From Phallusia mammillata (lineage: Eukaryota): a stretch of DNA of 64,000 nucleotides. The notes below the pieces were generated by a model that did not search any database, had not been told where the DNA came from, and saw nothing but the letters and a program-made list of their open reading frames with translations. Both the position numbers and the translations under genes were made by a program. The stretch covers positions 24,800,001 through 24,864,000 of the forward strand of contig OZ281496.1 in NCBI GenBank assembly GCA_965637545.1, given 5' to 3'. Below are positions 43,031 to 55,000 of the stretch, piece by piece (positions within the stretch are counted from its first letter, which is position 1; each line of letters starts with the position of its first letter).

Positions 43031-46000
43031 TCAAAGTATTGGGTTTCCGTTGTAGAAGTGATAGCTGTTAAAGCCGTAGAACTGATGCCTCTTTTCTTTG
43101 TGCTTGATTGAGTGGTGAAATCTGAGATCAGCGGACTTGTCAGCAAACTCATAATGTCTTGTGTTGTCCCTGTAAAAGCGGAATCAAGGGTTATAATTTA
43201 AACCGGGCTTTTTGCGTCGGTTTGGTTTTAGGTTTAAAAAACGGGGTTGACTTCAGATATGTGTAGTAATTTTTCGTTGTTTAGTTTCACTTTAGGGCCT
43301 GATTTGGGCTTATGTTGATAAACACGAGTTCGGTCCGGGTTACGGGTTACGGGTTTGTCCTTTCGGGTTCGGTGTCGAAATATGGACCCGTTTACAACTC
43401 TAACCCGGATTTACACTGAAGCTTGAGAAAACATTGGTGTATCAAATTTGTACAGCGATTGAAGGTTACAAATATTTCAAAACAAACATAAAAAATTTGC
43501 AAATTGTGGCTTTGAGACCGCTGAACTGGAGTATGGTATACTTCCAAAGGTCAAAGGATAAGATCAATTTGAAAACAAAGAAAACGCAACTCACCCACAA
43601 GTTCTTAGGTTTATATAATCGAGATAAAGCAAGTGCGCCTGGCCTTTCGTTCTATTTATTTTTTTGATGGTTTCAGTTTATTTCGGTAATTTAATGCTAT
43701 ATGCGCGCCAAACCTCTAAGTGTGTATCTGAAACTTGCAACTTTGTATCAAACCAAGCTTAGTTGCACGTTTTGCACTATACCATCGATTGACTATTGTT
43801 TACTGATACAAATTGCAATTTAAATAATTGTGTGAAAATGTGCTTGAAAAGACCCATAATAGTAGATTTTAAGAATTTTGTGACTTGACTTTGACCCCTG
43901 ACAGCTGTTATGAATATAAACCCACGAATACCCATCGTGCCGTGTTTGTGCCGATTGCGCCGTGCAGCGATTCAAAGCTTCTGTTGTGATAGGCCACAAA
44001 TATTGGCCAGGTATTCGGTTTACGCTATTTTTTTAAGGTTAAAAAACTCACCTATAATCCGGTGCAGTCTCTGGCAGATCTTCGTGTAAACGCTTGTGGG
44101 CGTCAGACTAGAAAAAACAGCCAATGTTATTTCGACCGGATGATAAGCTTAAACGCTCAATGAAAGAATGAAGTTGCGATAGGGTTTTTAAAACATTTTG
44201 TCCGGATTCAGTGAAAACACATTCCTCCGTTGCAAATAGTGCAAAACAGATAACTTAAAGATCGATCAATTTTTGTGCAGGTTTGACTTTTGCTTTTGAC
44301 ATTAAGATGACCCTAGTCTTATGATAATTTTAAAATCTTGCCAACTTTATTCTTTGGTAGACATGCTTTATTGTTAGTCATTACTTTTATAATTAACTGG
44401 CGCAGGTTTTTTACATTAGAATAAAATTTGAAATAAAGCAGTGCACTAAACCTCTAGACCCAATAACGTACCTGAAATTCTACGATAAATTTCAGTTGTA
44501 GTTTAAATTGTGTAACATGCTGTTACCGAAATACAGTAAAACCAATGGACGATAAAATACTTGGTAAAACAGAATCAGTCGGTTTAATAAAGGAATATAT
44601 ATTTCGCCTATATGTGGCATCATCAGTTCCTGTAATCGATACGAAAATGAGTGCTAAAACAAACACGCTAAAATGAATAAATTAAACTAAAAGCAGTAAA
44701 ACAGTATAACAAAGACACACAGGGGATGCTGTTACTAATTACCAAACTCACTGAACCAACCTCAAAACAAAACTAGCGCTGGGCACCGAATCAAGCGAGA
44801 GAGAAAAATAAATAAAGATAAGAAGCAAAACGTAGAACAGGTACGCGCGTGCAGGGAGATAACAACAGCGGTGAGTGCCGATGGAGTTTTTATCGTACTC
44901 GAGGCAGGACCATTTCCTGAATATTTATTTTGGCGTCTAATATCCTTTGCCATTTGGCCTCGCACATGTCTAAATTTTCTTTTTTAGGGCTTTCCACAAA
45001 GGTAATGCAGAAACAAGTGGCGATGTCCGGTTTCCTTTTTAAAATATGAATGTGTTTGCTTGCATAATGTCGCAGTAATGCTGCTTTGTTATTCTTTTCT
45101 GTGTAATTAAAAGTTTTCCAAGTCGCTCTGTGTCCGCGCCATCGTACAGAAAACGGGTTCTTGGTCTGGCCAACGTAGCAAGCATTGCATTCATTGCAAT
45201 TAGCTACATAAATACCGTAGTCGCGACAACTGAGGTTTTGTATGAGACGGACTTCACCAGCGGGTGTGTTGATTGTGGTGCATGGTATCGGGCACCATTG
45301 ATTTGAACTTGCTGTAATGCCCACAATGCCCACAAAGGCCGAAGTGTTTGCATGGATGGGACCTCCCTGCTGTCTTCGAGTCTCTCTCTTCCAAAGCAAT
45401 GCGCCTGTAGTTGGTTAATATTCGTCCAAGTGTAGCTGGCCGTTTGTAAACCACGCAAGCATTTGGTTGTAGGTTTCTTTCCTTTCCAGACACCTTTAGG
45501 GACTTAGGGAAAACAGTTGGCCATACAAGTCTTATGGTCTTGTTTGTTTGTGACTTTGTTGCCTTTGTCATGTCCCAAGTCCAGGTTTTGGCAATTTTGA
45601 GGTTGTTTGTTACAAGATTTTTCGGAAAGTGCGACCGAATACATTTCTGCTGCAGTCTTTCCAAGCTGGTATTATAGAGCCCGTCATTTTCGTTCAGTCT
45701 TCGCAATCTCCTCGCCTCCCCAACAACAATGGACTTAAATATGTTAAGCGGATGATGGGACGTTCCGTGTAAAAAAAGCCGATTGATTGCAGTTGGCTTC
45801 ACAAAATCAGTCAAAATAAATCCGAAAGGATTTTGGGAAAAACAGTTATGCATTACGTCCAGAAATTCTACCTGCTCATCTTTCTTTGCAGTGCACAGGC
45901 TGCGAAACGTTAGCTCAAGATTGTATTTTTCTAGTCCCATAGTGAGCGCCGCTTGTATTTGTCGGTTTGAAGCAGGCCCGCTTGCAACCCAAATGATGTC

Positions 46001-49000
46001 GTCAATAAACCTTTTAAAAATTAGTGCTTGCTGCAAAGTGCCTTTTAAGCTCTTTATGATATAGTGAAGGGCTATGTTAGCTATGGCAACCGAATGATTG
46101 TCTCCGGTTATTATTCCCTCGGTTTGCTTGTAATATTTTCCATCATACTTCGTTACGACATTGTCGATGGTAAACAGTGTTAGGTGCAGTAGTTGAGTCT
46201 GTCACTTACTGCTGAATTTAGCCTGTTCTGAAGCCTTCGGAAACTGCATCTTTGATCAGTGACCTCGGAAGGCTTGGGTACAGTGCAACGACGTCTGCAG
46301 CCGTTATGATAATGCGACGTCCTATTTGTTCAGCTCTTTTTAGGTTTGCTTCTTTCCACTTTTTCACGGCATCCACGTATTGCGTGCTGTCCTGACTGTA
46401 TTCGTTTATTCCCGATTGACAGTATCTCACTGCAATGGGTTGCAGGATGTATTGGATCATCGCTGTAACTCGCGACGTCATTGTATGACCAGCCGCTTGC
46501 ACCAGTCGTACTGGAATGTCGCGGGCTAAAACAGTTTTAAGCTCGCTTTGTGTTAGCTTGTGCGTTTTTAGAAGTGGATAAGCATAAGCTAGGTTTCGGT
46601 TGTCAAAGTATTTCGCGCGAGCACCCGAAACTCTATGGTAGTTGTGCCCAATAACCTTCACACCAACAGCACACAGGAGTATTTCTTCTGATATCTCAGC
46701 TTCAGTGTAGAGTTCTTTTGCGTAACATTCGCAGGTTTCTCTAATTGCACCACACTGTTTTGTGAAAGTNNNNNNNNNNNNNNNNNNNNNNNNNNNNNNN
46801 NNNNNNNNNNNNNNNNNNNNNNNNNNNNNNNNNNNNNNNNNNNNNNNNNNNNNNNNNNNNNNNNNNNNNNNNNNNNNNNNNNNNNNNNNNNNNNNNNNNN
46901 NNNNNNNNNNNNNNNNNNNNNNNNNNNNNNNNNNNNNNNNNNNNNNNNNNNNNNNNNNNNNNNNNNNNNTGGACAGTAATATGGTTAAATATTGTTTCTA
47001 ATAAGTTTTTTAGAAGTGGTATTGTATGCGGTCAAGGAGGCCAATTAACATTTTAAGAAATTAAACAAGAAAAATGTACAATTTTAGGCTTTACATTAAA
47101 TTTGCGTTTACCCTCTATTAAATTTTACAGTTGGCTAATGTATAGTCAAATGATTTTAAACAACAACTTGCCTACAGTAAAACCCTGGTTGTGAAATTGA
47201 TGATGCAGTATGAGGTAAAGAATAAACTTATCATGTTTATCATTGTCATCATGTTAAAATTTCCTAACTGAACTTTAAAGTTATTCCCGCAATATTAAAG
47301 CAAATTTGAACAATGCGGTTAACGACAATCAGCTGTTGTTACGTCAAAATGGCCACAATAGGTTTGTTGATTTTTTGACAATTGATCCCTTATTTTGCGC
47401 TGCACTAGCTACTCAATTCATTTCCAGCATTTTAGGTTTATTCGCACTTCAAGACATAGCTCTTCAAACTAAGGACAAGTTTCAGAAATAAGGACCGTAT
47501 GGCAACCCTGGCCTGCCGCTGAATTTTCAGTACTTACGACAGTGTTCCCCGACCGTGAAATTTTCAAACTTGGTGGGAGAATTTACTTTTTTAACACGTT
47601 CAACCAATTTTTAACATGTGGTTTGCAAATAGACACTTTAGCTCGGAGAATATAACCTGTGAAGTTGATAAAAGACCCGATTTTAAACGATCTTTGTATG
47701 GTTTAGCATCTACCATGTAGCATATTAGGAAGGAATACAAATGTTTTTAAGGAGGAATTTTTCGAAAACCGCTGACTTCTGTTCTATTTCATTTCATTTG
47801 GCAAATTTTAGCGACAAATGTTAATCACCTTGTGACGTCATACATGCTTCACGACACATTTTCTATTTTGGTCTTTGTTTATTTTTAGGCACTTGTTCAA
47901 AAAACGAAACTACTAAGCAACGACGTACCGCAAGCAGAAATAACAATCAGCACATTCCAAAATTACGCAGTCGACTCATACGTCACAATTGATTTGAATA
48001 CAAATACAGCACAGCAAAAAGCTGATGAACTTTTTGATACTTAATCACCAACAGGCTTCAGTAGTTTAAAACAAAAAGTTTAATTAATTTCATTTAAAGA
48101 AAATTGCAACATGCCATCCGTGCAACAAAAAACAGAATACTTGAAACTAGCTTTATAAGCCGAACTAACGATTTGTGCATTAAAAGTTGTGTTTGCAACA
48201 AAAGCAAAATAATTTCATTACGTTGCAATGGTAAACTGCAATGCGGGAAACGATACTGCAAAGGAAACTTACAAAATTTCATATAGACCACAAATGCATA
48301 CAAACTTCAGTGGAGATATTTCATATTATCGAACTTTCGTCGACTTTGATTGGACGAAAACTGGACCGTCTGTTTCGACGTAGAGCCCGTCATTTTCGTT
48401 CAGTCTTCGCAATCTCCCGCCTCCCCAACAACAATGGACTTAAATATGTTAAGCGGATGATGGGACGTTCCGTGTAAAAAAAGCCGATTGATTGCAGTTG
48501 GCTTCACAAAATCAGTCAAAATAAATCCGAAAGGATTTTGGGAAAAACAGTTATGCATTACGTCCAGAAATTCTACCTGCTCATCTTTCTTTGCAGTGCA
48601 CAGGCTGCGAAACGTTAGCTCAAGATTGTATTTTTCTAGTCCCATAGTGAGCGCCGCTTGTATTTGTCGGTTTGAAGCAGGCCGCTTGCAACCCAAATGA
48701 TGTCGTCAATAAACCTTTTAAAAATTAGTGCTTGCTGCAAAGTGCCTTTTAAGCTCTTTATGATATAGTGAAGGGCTATGTTAGCTATGGCAACCGAATG
48801 ATTGTCTCCGGTTATTATTCCCTCGGTTTGCTTGTAATATTTTCCATCATACTTCGTTACGACATTGTCGATGGTAAACAGTGTTAGGTGCAGTAGTTGA
48901 GTCTGTCACTTACTGCTGAATTTAGCCTGTTCTGAAGCCTTCGGAAACTGCATCTTTGATCAGTGACCTCGGAAGGCTTGGGTACAGTGCAACGACGTCT

Positions 49001-52000
49001 GCAGCCGTTATGATAATGCGACGTCCTATTTGTTCAGCTCTTTTTAGGTTTGCTTCTTTCCACTTTTTCACGGCATCCACGTATTGCGTGCTGTCCTGAC
49101 TGTATTCGTTTATTCCCGATTGACAGTATCTCACTGCAATGGGTTGCAGGATGTATTGGATCATCGCTGTAACTCGCGACGTCATTGTATGACCAGCCGC
49201 TTGCACCAGTCGTACTGGAATGTCGCGGGCTAAAACAGTTTTAAGCTCGCTTTGTGTTAGCTTGTGCGTTTTTAGAAGTGGATAAGCATAAGCTAGGTTT
49301 CGGTTGTCAAAGTATTTCGCGCGAGCACCCGAAACTCTATGGTAGTTGTGCCCAATAACCTTCACACCAACAGCACACAGGAGTATTTCTTCTGATATCT
49401 CAGCTTCAGTGTAGAGTTCTTTTGCGTAACATTCGCAGGTTTCTCTAATTGCACCACACTGTTTTGTGAAAGTGGTATCATCAATCATCCGCTTAACATA
49501 TTTAAGTCCATTGTTGTTGGGGAGGCGAGGAGATTGCGAAGACTGAACGAAAATGACGGGCTCTATAATACCAGCTTGGAAAGACTGCAGCAGAAATGTA
49601 TTCGGTCGCACTTTCCGAAAAATCTTGTAACAAACAACCTCAAAATTGCCAAAACCTGGACTTGGGACATGACAAAGGCAACAAAGTCACAAACAAACAA
49701 GACCATAAGACTTGTATGGCCAACTGTTTTCCCATAGGTCCCTAAAGGTGTCTGGAAAGGGAAGAAACCTACAACCAAATGCTTGCGTGGTTTACAAACG
49801 GCCAGCTACACTTGGACGAATATTAACCAACTACAGGCGCATTGCTTTGGAAGAGAGAGACTCGAAGACAGCAGGGAGGTCCCATCCATGCAAACACTGC
49901 GGCCTTTGTGGGCATTACAGCAAGTTCAAATCAATGGTGCCCGATACCATGCACCACAATCAACACACCCGCTGGTGAAGTCCGTCTCATACAAAACCTC
50001 AGTTGTCGCGACTACGGCATTTATGTGGCTAATTGCAATGAATGCAATGCTTGCTATGTTGGCCAGACCAAGAACCCGTTTTCTGTACGATGGCGCGGAC
50101 ACAGAGCGACTTGGAAAACTTTTAATTACACAGAAAAGAATGACAAAGCAGCATTACTGCGACATTATGCAAGCAAGCAAACACATTCATATATTTTAAA
50201 AAGGAAACCGGACATCGCCACTTGTTTCTGCATTACCTTTGTGGAAAGCCCTAAAAAAGAAAATTTAGACATGTGCGAGGCCAAATGGCAAAGGATATTA
50301 GACGCCAAAATAAATATTCAGAAAATGGTCCTGCCTCGAGTACGGTAAAAACTCCATCGGCACTCACCGCTGTTGTTATCTCCCTGCACGCGCGTACCTG
50401 TTCGACGTTTTGCTTCTTATCTTTATTTATTTTTTTCTCTCGGTTGATTCGGTGCCCAGCGCTGGTTTTGTTTTGAGGTTGGTTCAGTGAGTTTGGTAAT
50501 TAGTAACAGCATCCCCTGTGTGTCTTTGTTATACTGTTTTACTGCTTTTAGTTTAATTTATTAATTTTAGCGTGTTTGTTTTAGCACTCATTTTCGTATC
50601 GATTTGTATTTCGATTACAGGAACTGATGATGCCACATATAGGCGAAATATATATTCCTTTATTAAACCGACTGATTCTGTTTTACCAAGTATTTTATCG
50701 TCTATTGGTTTTACTGTACTCTAGTTAAAAAGGCAAACAGTGATCGTCAGGTTAAGCCATGCTGTTGATGGTTTTGATCTATTATACTAAAGTTGTTATT
50801 TTGATGCTGTTACCGTAAACGCTCTGTTTATCTCGAATTTACATGGTATTGATGGATCGCCGTTTATCAGGAAACAAATCTATTATTAGGCATTTTGCCT
50901 TTGGGATGTGTTTTCCCAAAAAGTTCAATGCGTTTAAGCTGAGCACCACTTTCTCAAGCTACATTTAATATATCGTAACATTTGAGATAAATTGACGGTA
51001 AACCGAAATTAACAAAATGTTCGATTCCCCGCAAGTTGTCCGTGGCACCATAAGCTATTTTTACATGACCCACGCCGTACCTTGCTCCATCCGTTTTGTA
51101 TATTCAGCAATGCGGTTTGCGGGCGCGGAGTCCCAGGAACGGGTGACCAACTTCTCGGTTCAAATTGAACCTTCATGCGCATATCGTAATTCCAATGCCA
51201 GTATTCTTGTGCCCTGGGCTTAGTCTGGTCATGTGGAAAAGCGCTTGAGGGTCGAAGGGCAGGTCCACGTGGTGACATCGCTACAAAGAAAATGGCGCTT
51301 TTGTGTCAGGTGTATAAGGTTGTTACAAAAAGTTCCATAACAATGTGTCGTGGCAGACAACTTCTTGCTCACCAATTGCAGCAATACAATCTTTTTTATC
51401 GGGTTTTGTTGGAAAATTTCTCATAGCGAATCTATGTTTGGGTTTAAAGAAGACAAATTCAAACATTTGCTTTGTTTTCAAAACTGGCCAATAATAATAA
51501 AGAAGAATTTGTTACTTTCTGCAGTTTTTTTTATGTGACCTCAAAACATGTTTATTCTTCTTGCATTATGATATTACTTAGTCTTGTCCGGGTTTAAAGT
51601 TAGTTTGATACCGATATAATCTAGAAAAATTACATGATTCAGATATTACAAATGCATAGACCTGTTTTTGTATATTGTTTGTAACAAAAGCGCGGTGACT
51701 TTGCCAACAAAACCCTTTCACATTACGATGCACTCGAGCAATTCTAACCTGAGTATACTGACGGCTCTTTTACAGTCCTTGGTGGACTTGGAAGAGGAGT
51801 AGATGGACGAGATCCCTTGTAATTCGGACTAGATTCAGAACTCGTCAAAGGCGATGTCGTTGTTTTGAAACGAGACCCGTATTCAGATGAGGCAACCCGT
51901 ACTACCTATAAAACATCACGGCATTGGCATGAAAAGTTTTGTTTTGACTGCGTGGTGAATGCTTGCTGGGTGCAAATTGTTTTTCGGCAAAATCATATAT

Positions 52001-55000
52001 AACTTGGCAACACATATCCTCTGTGCACTTTTATCTTTTCATGTTAAAACAATTCTTGTTAATGAGATGATACTCTTTTTCAGTTTATTTACTTTCTGTT
52101 TTTTGGAGCAGCTAATATTGTAGAATTGTACAATCTCTGAATTAGCAGGAGGTTACAATTGTGCACAACACATGTCCGTACGTAAGGTCACTCACGCCGA
52201 ACTGTACCTCATTAAATGTGATGCTTCGACTTGATCCGGTTCTTGGTGGTGAACCGGGGAGTTTTAGAATAGATCCAGTGGTAGAACCGATTCGCATAGC
52301 CGGTTCTCCACTTCGCGATTCTAGCGGAGCCCGTTCGGAATCATGACTCAGAGAAAATGGGTTTGTGCGAGTGATGTAGCTCCATAGCACCCCTTGGTGG
52401 TTTTGCTCAGGCGGATCAGTTTTAGGGATGTCCCGGTGCCAGGTGGTGGGAAAATCTTTGTATCCTTCAAGTTGTCTACATAAAAGGTGATGGTGGTATT
52501 TACACCTAATAATGTATGCTCGAAGTTTGTACGCAAATGTCATCTATCTGCATCCAAAATCTAACCCCGTAACCTACATCTGACTGTTATAAGCCTTAGT
52601 TTATTTCACATGTCCCTTGGAATCGATTAGTATTAACGGTGCAGAAATGTGGTCTAACCAAACCTCTATTGAGAACGGCACCTTAGTGTAGGGGTGTCCA
52701 AACTTTTTTTGATGGGGGCCAGTTTTTACCAGGCGAAGACGCCCGCGGGCCAACGTTTTTTTAGAATCAGAACACAAATATACGGGATTTAAGGAAATTG
52801 TGAGATTTTGTTGCGTCAGCAACCGGTGAAGAAGGTTCCATGGAAAGCTTTTGCGTTAAGTGGTAAGTCGCCAAAACCCCAAAACGTAATCCAAACTATG
52901 GCGTTACATACACAACACAATTTGTAAAAACAGCCGCGGGCCACGTGAAATGCCGCCGGGGGCCGCATTTGGCCTGCGGGCCGCACTTTGGACACCCCTG
53001 CCTTAGTGCAACCAGAGAAAGGTCCTTCATAAAGGTGAAGCTTATGACTCAAACCGGCACTACCCATACTCAGTGGTTTTCTTAAAGATTAACTATGACG
53101 CGTGACCAAAAATGTTACTATTGGACCCTCGAAGTTTACAATATGCTTGTGACCGCCATGTACCAAACCAAGACCTTTATAACAGGGAACTTAATTTAAT
53201 TTTACACATATTTTACTTTACACGTAGGTGCGTATGTAAGTTCTAAAAGTTGAGTATGGGACATAAAAAATACAAACACATGTTGTGAAACATCTTTACC
53301 TGACTAAAATAAAGCACTGAATCTGGAGAAAAAATTGGAAAGGGGATTTGCTGTCTATTTATATTTGATTTATATAAATCATACCTGTCATGCAGGTCTG
53401 TTAACGTTCCACGGTCGCTAATCTTCTCTGTCGTGAACTTTAATCCGGTTCTGTAGCGTTCTTCAGTGTCTGGTGTTTTATTCACCAGAAGCTGATTTAG
53501 GCGTCCCAGGTCCTCGTGTACCTGTAAAATTCCAGTCAAATACCTGCAAGTGATTCGTGATTGTTTTGTGTTTAATATCCATGTTCGAATAAAACATTAT
53601 CTATTGGAATAGCGAATTTGGTGATGTCTACACCGTTTTCGTCAAAATTTATGTAAACTGATAAAATGTGGTAACCAGGTAGTTTTGTTTGGTCAGTCGT
53701 CTTGTTGTTGGGTTTTCTAGTTCCATTTACACAAAGATGGGAATTATTTTTGCTTATAAAAGTGTGACTATATGATAAGCAGTACTAAAGCTATATTTGT
53801 TTACCTTACAAAACCTTTTTTTTATCTAAGCAAACTTTTCCAAGTCAACAAATCATTCCTATGGCCCAGTTTGTTTTCGTTTTGCTCAGTCATCTATATC
53901 TGTATTTTGTTTTCGTTGATAAGAATGATTCGGTTTTGTAACAATAGTTTTATACTTTACCTGTTCAGCATGTTGATCGAGTGCTTTTGGTTGCACTCGG
54001 GTTCCCATCTGATCAATTTTGTTTCTCAGTGAGTTCATGTCGTAACTCGAGCGGTAGTGGAGCTCCAACCTTTTCTGTTCATTTTCTCGTTCAATAATCT
54101 ACAAAGAAAATTGTAGGTTTCTATGTGGACAGACGTAATCTTTGTCAAGGATTTTTTCATATACACCGGGTTTAAGTTTCGTATACATATACACCGGGTT
54201 TCATATACACCGAATTTAACATTTTTGCAAATGTTACTTATTTTGTTTCTGCTTCGATTTTGAACAGTTTAGGCCACTTTAAAAAGTTTGTCTTAAGTTA
54301 ACCTTGAATCTTTCTTCTCGTTCATCTTGGTAGTCCTTCAGGTAGTGCTTAGTCTCCTCGGGAAGAGAGATTTGCTCCTCAATAGTCTTGGGGAGGTGAT
54401 CATATTCTCCTGAAGTCCTTGGATCTGCCTCACTTGACTTCTTTGACGCAACCGTTGTAAGACCTGTAAATAACGTTAAATCGTGTTAGATTTCAATGTC
54501 TGTACTCTCAACCCATTGTTAAAATTTCTTTTTAAATATTTTACTTCAATACAGTCTATGCGTGGGTGATGAAGCATTACATACGAAACCGCACGACCGA
54601 AAATGGTCTTTAAAATACTTCAAATCTGCTGAATATATATTAAAGTTGCAGTGTATATGGTACGAAAGTGATTTAAAATTCGCAAACCGGCGACCACTGG
54701 TATATATGCCGCAAACTGGAGACCGCTGGTATATACAATCATTTGTCACGATTTGTGCAAGAAAAGCCGAAAACCAGCAGGTATGCCAGGAGTTGTAATG
54801 ACAGCGGTTGTATGACAATATACATGGCCAGCATTTTGGGGGGAATGACTTACCATGTTCTGGATTGCGTTGAAGTTGAATTTTCTTCCATTGTTCATCT
54901 ACATCTGGATCTTCGTCCTCGCTTTTTACCATGGCCGATTTTGATCGAATCTTGTCGGATGCTTCACGCTGCAAGCACATACAAATATTGTTTTAACGAC

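Noticed and set aside
47538-47774. Possible hAT MITE (CAGTGTTCCCCGACC ... GAAAACCGCTG)
   Set aside because: TIRs are poorly matched and the flanks agree at only about half of 8 positions.
48922-49611. 229-aa ORF that looks like a longer Penelope RT
   Set aside because: Its first ~43 aa are antisense sequence read across the inversion junction at ~49483. It is chimeric and does not extend the RT N-terminus.
51009-51278. Apparent stand-alone gene starting MSPRGPALRPSS after a trans-splice-like acceptor
   Set aside because: It is phase-compatible with the upstream exon (TCA G|gttag) and carries conserved SPMIP4 C-terminal motifs, so it is internal exon 15.
51292-51426. Plus-strand ATGGCG-initiated ORF (MALLCQVYK...) suggesting a divergent gene
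   Set aside because: Short, stops after ~44 codons, lies inside an SPMIP4 intron, no recognisable homology.
51744-51905. Apparent terminal exon ending in TAG at 51744
   Set aside because: The TAG lies just after a GT donor (51748); splicing removes it and the CDS continues.
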